From contig CAVPCQ010000038.1 in assembly GCA_963702425.1 (NCBI GenBank), positions 1 to 64,000 of the forward strand: a stretch of DNA of 64,000 bases, read 5' to 3'. A model generated the notes under the pieces. It searched no databases, was not told the DNA's origin, and was given only the letters and a program-made list of their open reading frames with translations. Shown here piece after piece: positions 58,004 to 64,000 of the stretch. The stretch comes from an uncultured Acidobacteriota bacterium. GTDB lineage: Bacteria; Acidobacteriota; Polarisedimenticolia; J045. Both the position numbers and the translations under genes were made by a program. The number at the start of each line of letters is the position of its first letter. Within the stretch, counting starts at the first letter, position 1.

Positions 58004-60679
58004 GTGGAGTCGAGCCGGCCATCTGCGATCGGCCTGAGCGTCGTCGTCGCCGTGCTGCTCACGACGGCCCCCGGCGTGCGCGGCGCGCGCGAGTTGACGC
58101 TCGACGAACGGGTCGATGCCCGGTGGGCGATCGAACAGGTCTTCTGGAACCACCGCATCTGGCCGGCGGAGAATCCCGGACCGAAGCCCTCCCTCGAGCA
58201 GGTTGTTTCCAGGCTCGCGCTCCGAGCGCGGGTGGAGCGCGAGCTCGAAGCCTTCGCCGCCGCCGAACGGTCGATCGGCCGCGCGATCACGGCCGACGAA
58301 CTCCAAGACGAGGTCGCGCGCATGACCCGCGACAGCCGGGATCCGGAGATGCTGCGCGAGCTCTTCCGCGCCCTGAATGACGACCCCGAGCTGATCGCGG
58401 AGTGCCTGGCGCGCCCGCTCGTCGCGGATCGGCTGCGGCAAGGCGCGGCCCCCGCCGGATCGAAACTCCTGCCGCCGCTGGAGACGAAGCGGCGCCCGTG
58501 GTCGTTCTGCGACTACGACACCTGGCGCCAGATGACACCGTCCCCGCTCGCGCCGCGCAGTCACCACAGTGCGGTTTGGACCGGGAGCGAGATGATCGTC
58601 TGGGGCGGTGCAGAGCCCGGGGCCACGCAGACGGGGGCGATCTACACCCCCGCGATGGGTTACTGGTTCTTCACGTCGATCACTCGCTTTACGCCCGAGC
58701 CGCGCCTCGAGCACACCGCGGTCTGGACCGGGAGGGAGATGATCGTCTGGGGCGGCCGCGACCCCGCGATGGGCGAGGGCCAGTGGCTCCAGACCGGCGG
58801 CCGGTTCGATCCCGCCACCGGTGCGTGGACTCCGGTCTCCGTCCCGGCCGAAGCGCCTTCGGCACGCGCGCGCCACACCGCCGTCTGGACGGGGAGCGAG
58901 ATGGTGATCTGGGGCGGCGAGGACCGAGCGGGCTCGCTCGACAGCGGCGGCCGCTACGACCCGGCGACGGAGCGCTGGCGCGGGGTGGGGCAGGCCGGAT
59001 CGTTCATGCCCGGGCCGCGCAGCGGACACACGGCGACCTGGACCGGGGGCGAGCTGCTCATTTGGGGCGGCGAGTACAAGGACGCGTCCGGCGGCCGTCG
59101 CGCCCTGGGAGACGGCGCACGCTGGTCAGCGCTCGCGGACGCCTGGACTCCCGTCACGGCGGCCGGCGCGCCGAGTCCCAGGCGCGGACACACCGCGATC
59201 TGGACCGGAAGCGAGTTGATCGTCTGGGGCGGCCTCGATGATTCTGGAAACCCACCGACCGACGCGGGTGCGCGCTACGACCCGGCCACCGACGGCTGGC
59301 GCGCCGTCAGCGCCGTCGACGCGCCATCCACCCGGGAGCTCCACAGCGCCGTGTGGACGGACCAGGAGATGGTCGTCTGGGGTGGCCTCGATACGACCGG
59401 AGCGCCGCCGCTCGACGGCGGGGGCCGTTACGACCCGAAGAACGACCGCTGGGGCGCAACCACGGCGGATCGTGCGCCGGGCGGCCGGGCGCATCACACG
59501 GTCGTGTGGAACATCGGGGAGATGATCGTCTGGGGCGGGAGCGGGGGCGTCGCAGGCAGTCTGCTGGGCGATGGCGGCCGATACTGCGCGCAATGCCCGT
59601 ACTGGTTCCCGGATGCCGACGGCGACGGGTTCGGTCTCTACGGAACCGGCGTGATCGCGTGCGAGCAGCCGGCTGCATATGTGGACAACTTCGACGACTG
59701 TGACGATACCGACGCGAGCATTCACCCGGGTGCAGAAGAGACCTGCAACCTGAAGGACGACAACTGCAGGGAGGGCGCGGACGAGGGCGTCATGACACGG
59801 TTCTACCGGGACCGGGACGGCGACGGGTTCGGGCGAGCGGATGACGGCTGGTCCGCCTGCACCGCTCCCGAAGGCTACGTCGCGGACGCGACCGACTGCG
59901 ACGACTCGCGCGCGGCCGTCCATCCCGGAGCCGAGGAGCGGTTCCTGCTGGACAACTGCGATGACGGTCTCGACAACGACTGCGACGGCCTGTCCGACGA
60001 CAGGGAGCCGGACTGCGCCAGCAGCATCACCAAGCCGGACTTCCCGTGGGCGCCGCCGCTGATCTACGCCGGACGTCCCGCCGAGCTGCGCACCGGCGGT
60101 GCGCGATGCGATCTTGGCGATCCGGTCGAGTACCAGTTCCGATGGGGAGACGGCGCACTCTCCGAGTGGACCACCACCGGCCGAGCGAGCCACACCTGGG
60201 TGGAGCCAGGCGAGTACGCCGTGCCGGCCCGGGCACGCTGCGGCGGTCACCCGGAGATCCTGTCGCCTTGGTCGACACCCGTCAGGATCCGCGTCAGCGC
60301 GCAACCCACGAGCGGGCCCGATCTCGTCGCCAGCCCGCGTTCCGTTCGGCAGGACTGCAAGCGGCGGAGCGGGGTCGAGGTCTGTACGCTCAAGGCCCGG
60401 ATCGCGGTGCGCAACACCGGCGATGATCCCACTTGGTCGAGCCGGCTCGATTGGCTCGTCTCAGATGCGTTGGTCTGGGAGGAAGGCGACAAGCCCCTCT
60501 CCTCGGTCTTCGTGCCGGAGCTGAGGCCAGGCCGGACAAAGACCGTCAAGATCCTGTACACAATCCCCGGCGGGACGAGCGGGCGCGGAAAGTACCTCCT
60601 GGGACGATTGGACCCGGCCAACCGCATCCGGGAGCGGGACGAGCTGAACAACGACTTCGCGGTCGCGATTGGGCCCTAG
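58004..60679 (+). CDS. Secreted Kelch-like 7-repeat protein with Cys/Asp-rich putative metal-binding repeats, PKD-like and CARDB-like domains
   Basis: 7 x H(S/T)xxW(T/N)xxExx(V/I)WGG; DADGDGFG/DCDD..HPGAEE repeats; YQFRWGDG; ERDELNN. Confidence 0.85.
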   Translation: MESSRPSAIGLSVVVAVLLTTAPGVRGARELTLDERVDARWAIEQVFWNHRIWPAENPGPKPSLEQVVSRLALRARVERELEAFAAAERSIGRAITADELQDEVARMTRDSRDPEMLRELFRALNDDPELIAECLARPLVADRLRQGAAPAGSKLLPPLETKRRPWSFCDYDTWRQMTPSPLAPRSHHSAVWTGSEMIVWGGAEPGATQTGAIYTPAMGYWFFTSITRFTPEPRLEHTAVWTGREMIVWGGRDPAMGEGQWLQTGGRFDPATGAWTPVSVPAEAPSARARHTAVWTGSEMVIWGGEDRAGSLDSGGRYDPATERWRGVGQAGSFMPGPRSGHTATWTGGELLIWGGEYKDASGGRRALGDGARWSALADAWTPVTAAGAPSPRRGHTAIWTGSELIVWGGLDDSGNPPTDAGARYDPATDGWRAVSAVDAPSTRELHSAVWTDQEMVVWGGLDTTGAPPLDGGGRYDPKNDRWGATTADRAPGGRAHHTVVWNIGEMIVWGGSGGVAGSLLGDGGRYCAQCPYWFPDADGDGFGLYGTGVIACEQPAAYVDNFDDCDDTDASIHPGAEETCNLKDDNCREGADEGVMTRFYRDRDGDGFGRADDGWSACTAPEGYVADATDCDDSRAAVHPGAEERFLLDNCDDGLDNDCDGLSDDREPDCASSITKPDFPWAPPLIYAGRPAELRTGGARCDLGDPVEYQFRWGDGALSEWTTTGRASHTWVEPGEYAVPARARCGGHPEILSPWSTPVRIRVSAQPTSGPDLVASPRSVRQDCKRRSGVEVCTLKARIAVRNTGDDPTWSSRLDWLVSDALVWEEGDKPLSSVFVPELRPGRTKTVKILYTIPGGTSGRGKYLLGRLDPANRIRERDELNNDFAVAIGP

Positions 60680-60838
60680 TGTCACGTAACCGAAGTCATG
60701 TTAACGCCGGGGCGGTCTGGCAAGCCGATGGCTGCGTTGCTCCTCCTTGCTGTACGGTTCAGTACAGCGTCGTCGTCGCGCCTTGCCCTCGGCTCACCAT
60801 CCTCGCCCTGGCATTAACCTGACTTCGGTTACGTGACA

Positions 60839-60842
<4 letters not shown>
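60676..60842. mobile_element. MITE copy 2
   Basis: Same element as 38521-38687 with CTAG at both ends. Confidence 0.92.
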
Positions 60843-62563
<1,721 letters not shown>

Positions 62564-62572
62564 TCGCGCATC

Positions 62573-63052
62573 TTACGGAGATGCGCGTGGTAGGGGGGGT
62601 GGGGATGGGGGGGTGTGGGGGCACAGAGGCGGCCTACAGGCGGCACCGACAGGTCGAAACGTCGGCTGCGTCGTCGGGCCGGCACGGAGGCGGGTTTCTA
62701 CAGGAAGGTGAGGGGGGACGGAGTTGCGCGTCAGGTTGCGCGAGCCGGCCACGGCCAGCGTCCCGTCGCGCGGCCGGTACTCGAGCAGCTCGAGCACCTC
62801 GTCCCCGCGCGGCGCCAGGGGATGCGCCTTCGGGTGGCGCACGATGCCGAACAGCACCCGCCGAACGCTCCCGTCGGCATCCAGCTCATGCTCGAGGATC
62901 GTCGCGCGACCGCGGTGGTGGGGCTTCAGGCGCCCGGCCGCGAGCAGCTCGGGCCGCGCCGCGAAGAGCTCGTCCAGCGCGGCGCGGGCCGCGGCCAGCG
63001 CGCGGCGGCGGGCGTTCCAGCGGGCGAGCGCGGCGGGGAGCCGGGTCAGCAC
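62573..63052 (-). CDS. Hypothetical protein; the C-terminus runs through a REP-like/G-rich tract
   Basis: GC3-biased ORF, TATCCT 6 nt before GTG; the true stop is uncertain. Confidence 0.5.
   Translation of the reverse strand: MLTRLPAALARWNARRRALAAARAALDELFAARPELLAAGRLKPHHRGRATILEHELDADGSVRRVLFGIVRHPKAHPLAPRGDEVLELLEYRPRDGTLAVAGSRNLTRNSVPPHLPVETRLRAGPTTQPTFRPVGAACRPPLCPHTPPSPPPLPRASP
62620..62701 (-). repeat. Degenerate REP copies
   Basis: GGCACAGAGGCGGCCTAC and GGGCCGGCACGGAGGCGGGTTTCTAC. Confidence 0.55.
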
Positions 63053-63140
63053 CCCGCGAGGATAAGAAGGTCGAGGGAGGAGGAAGTGGGGGTGGGGGGG
63101 AAGGTGAGGGGAGAGAGGAAGGTAGGGGGGGGGGCGAAGG

Positions 63141-63932
63141 TCAGACGCCGGCGGGGATCAGGCGGGCCTTCTGGAACGTTTCAAGCACCTGCCAGATCCG
63201 GGGGTGCGCGATCGCCACCGCCTCGAGGTAGTCGCGCGACAGCTCGAGCAGCTCGGTCGGCGCCGCGGTCGTGGCGGTCACGTTCCGGGGCACGCGCGCC
63301 AGGGCCGAAACCTCGCCGAAGCAGCCGCCGTCGGTGATCGTCTCGATCTCGACCGGCGAGCCGTCCACGCCGTCCACCGTCAGCGTGACCTGCCCCTCGA
63401 CGACCACGAAGATCGAGTCGCCGGGGTCGCCCTGCCGGAAGACGATGCCGCCGAGCGGAAGCTGGTGCAGCTCGGTGACGCCCAGGATCTGCGTCAGCTC
63501 GTCGCGGTCGAACTCCGAGAACAGCGGCGCGTAGCGGCGCAGCCGGGTGCGGATCGTCATCGACCGGGCCACCTCCGGCTCGGGCCGTGCGGGGTCGCGC
63601 GCCTCGTCGGCCGCGACCTCACCCAGGCGGGCGGTGACCTCGGCGTTCTTCGGGTCGATCCGGCGCGCCGCGGCGTAGACGGCGATCGCCTGGAGCATCT
63701 GGTCCTGCTTCTCCAGCTCCGCCGCCGCCGCCAGGTAGGAGTGCACTGCCTCCGCGCGGCGCCCCGCCGCCAGGTGGCACTCGGCGATCTTGCGCTGCCA
63801 GTGGGCGGCGTTCTTCGGCTCGCGTCGGAGTCGCTCCTCGTACATCGCGAGCGCGGCCTCGTGATCGCCGGCAGCCATGGCGTGGGAGGGATCGACGTAT
63901 CGCGGTTTCCTTCCGCCGAACAGAGGGAACAT
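63141..63932 (-). CDS. TPR + cyclic-nucleotide-binding domain protein
   Basis: N-terminal TPR-like helices; PLFSEF, VFRQGDPGDSIFVVVEG and FGEVSAL..PRNVT. Confidence 0.88.
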   Translation of the reverse strand: MFPLFGGRKPRYVDPSHAMAAGDHEAALAMYEERLRREPKNAAHWQRKIAECHLAAGRRAEAVHSYLAAAAELEKQDQMLQAIAVYAAARRIDPKNAEVTARLGEVAADEARDPARPEPEVARSMTIRTRLRRYAPLFSEFDRDELTQILGVTELHQLPLGGIVFRQGDPGDSIFVVVEGQVTLTVDGVDGSPVEIETITDGGCFGEVSALARVPRNVTATTAAPTELLELSRDYLEAVAIAHPRIWQVLETFQKARLIPAGV

Positions 63933-63935
63933 GGC

Positions 63936-64000
63936 TCAGCTCCTCGCGACCAGCAGGCGGATGAACTTCTCGAGGATCTCCTGGTCGTAGCGCTTGCACT
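63936..64000 (-). CDS. 3' end of an upstream gene cut by the window edge (possibly HD-GYP-type C-terminus)
   Basis: Translates ...CKRYDQEILEKFIRLLVARS*; stop 3 nt before the next ATG. Confidence 0.45.
   Translation of the reverse strand, partial: CKRYDQEILEKFIRLLVARS

Overview
A very GC-rich bacterial chromosomal window with about 50 mostly housekeeping or cell-envelope genes. Gene content suggests an Acidobacteriota-like organism, but that is an inference. I found no rRNA, tRNA, CRISPR array, prophage or transposase. Most long ORFs in the six-frame track are GC-driven shadow frames. Main points of interest: (1) a tightly packed gene string encoding an NTT-type nucleotide translocase (HEAT + cNMP domains), a two-component pair and a signal-peptide-bearing phosphatase fused to a PI4K/Fam20-like kinase, which is a candidate extracytoplasmic ATP-dependent phosphorylation system; (2) an aspartate aminotransferase fused to a degenerate, Cys-cluster-bearing PEPCK-like domain, close to an intact PEPCK; (3) two near-identical copies of a ~160-bp self-complementary MITE inserted at CTAG sites, one disrupting a TonB-domain gene and one separating overlapping stop codons; (4) an orphan nuoB followed by MidA/NDUFAF7-like and ACAD9/VLCAD-like genes; (5) a terminal beta-domain shared by three unrelated secreted enzymes; (6) GTAG-type REP clusters and a repeat-rich intergenic element; (7) five apparent single-base frameshifts in four genes, probably assembly errors.
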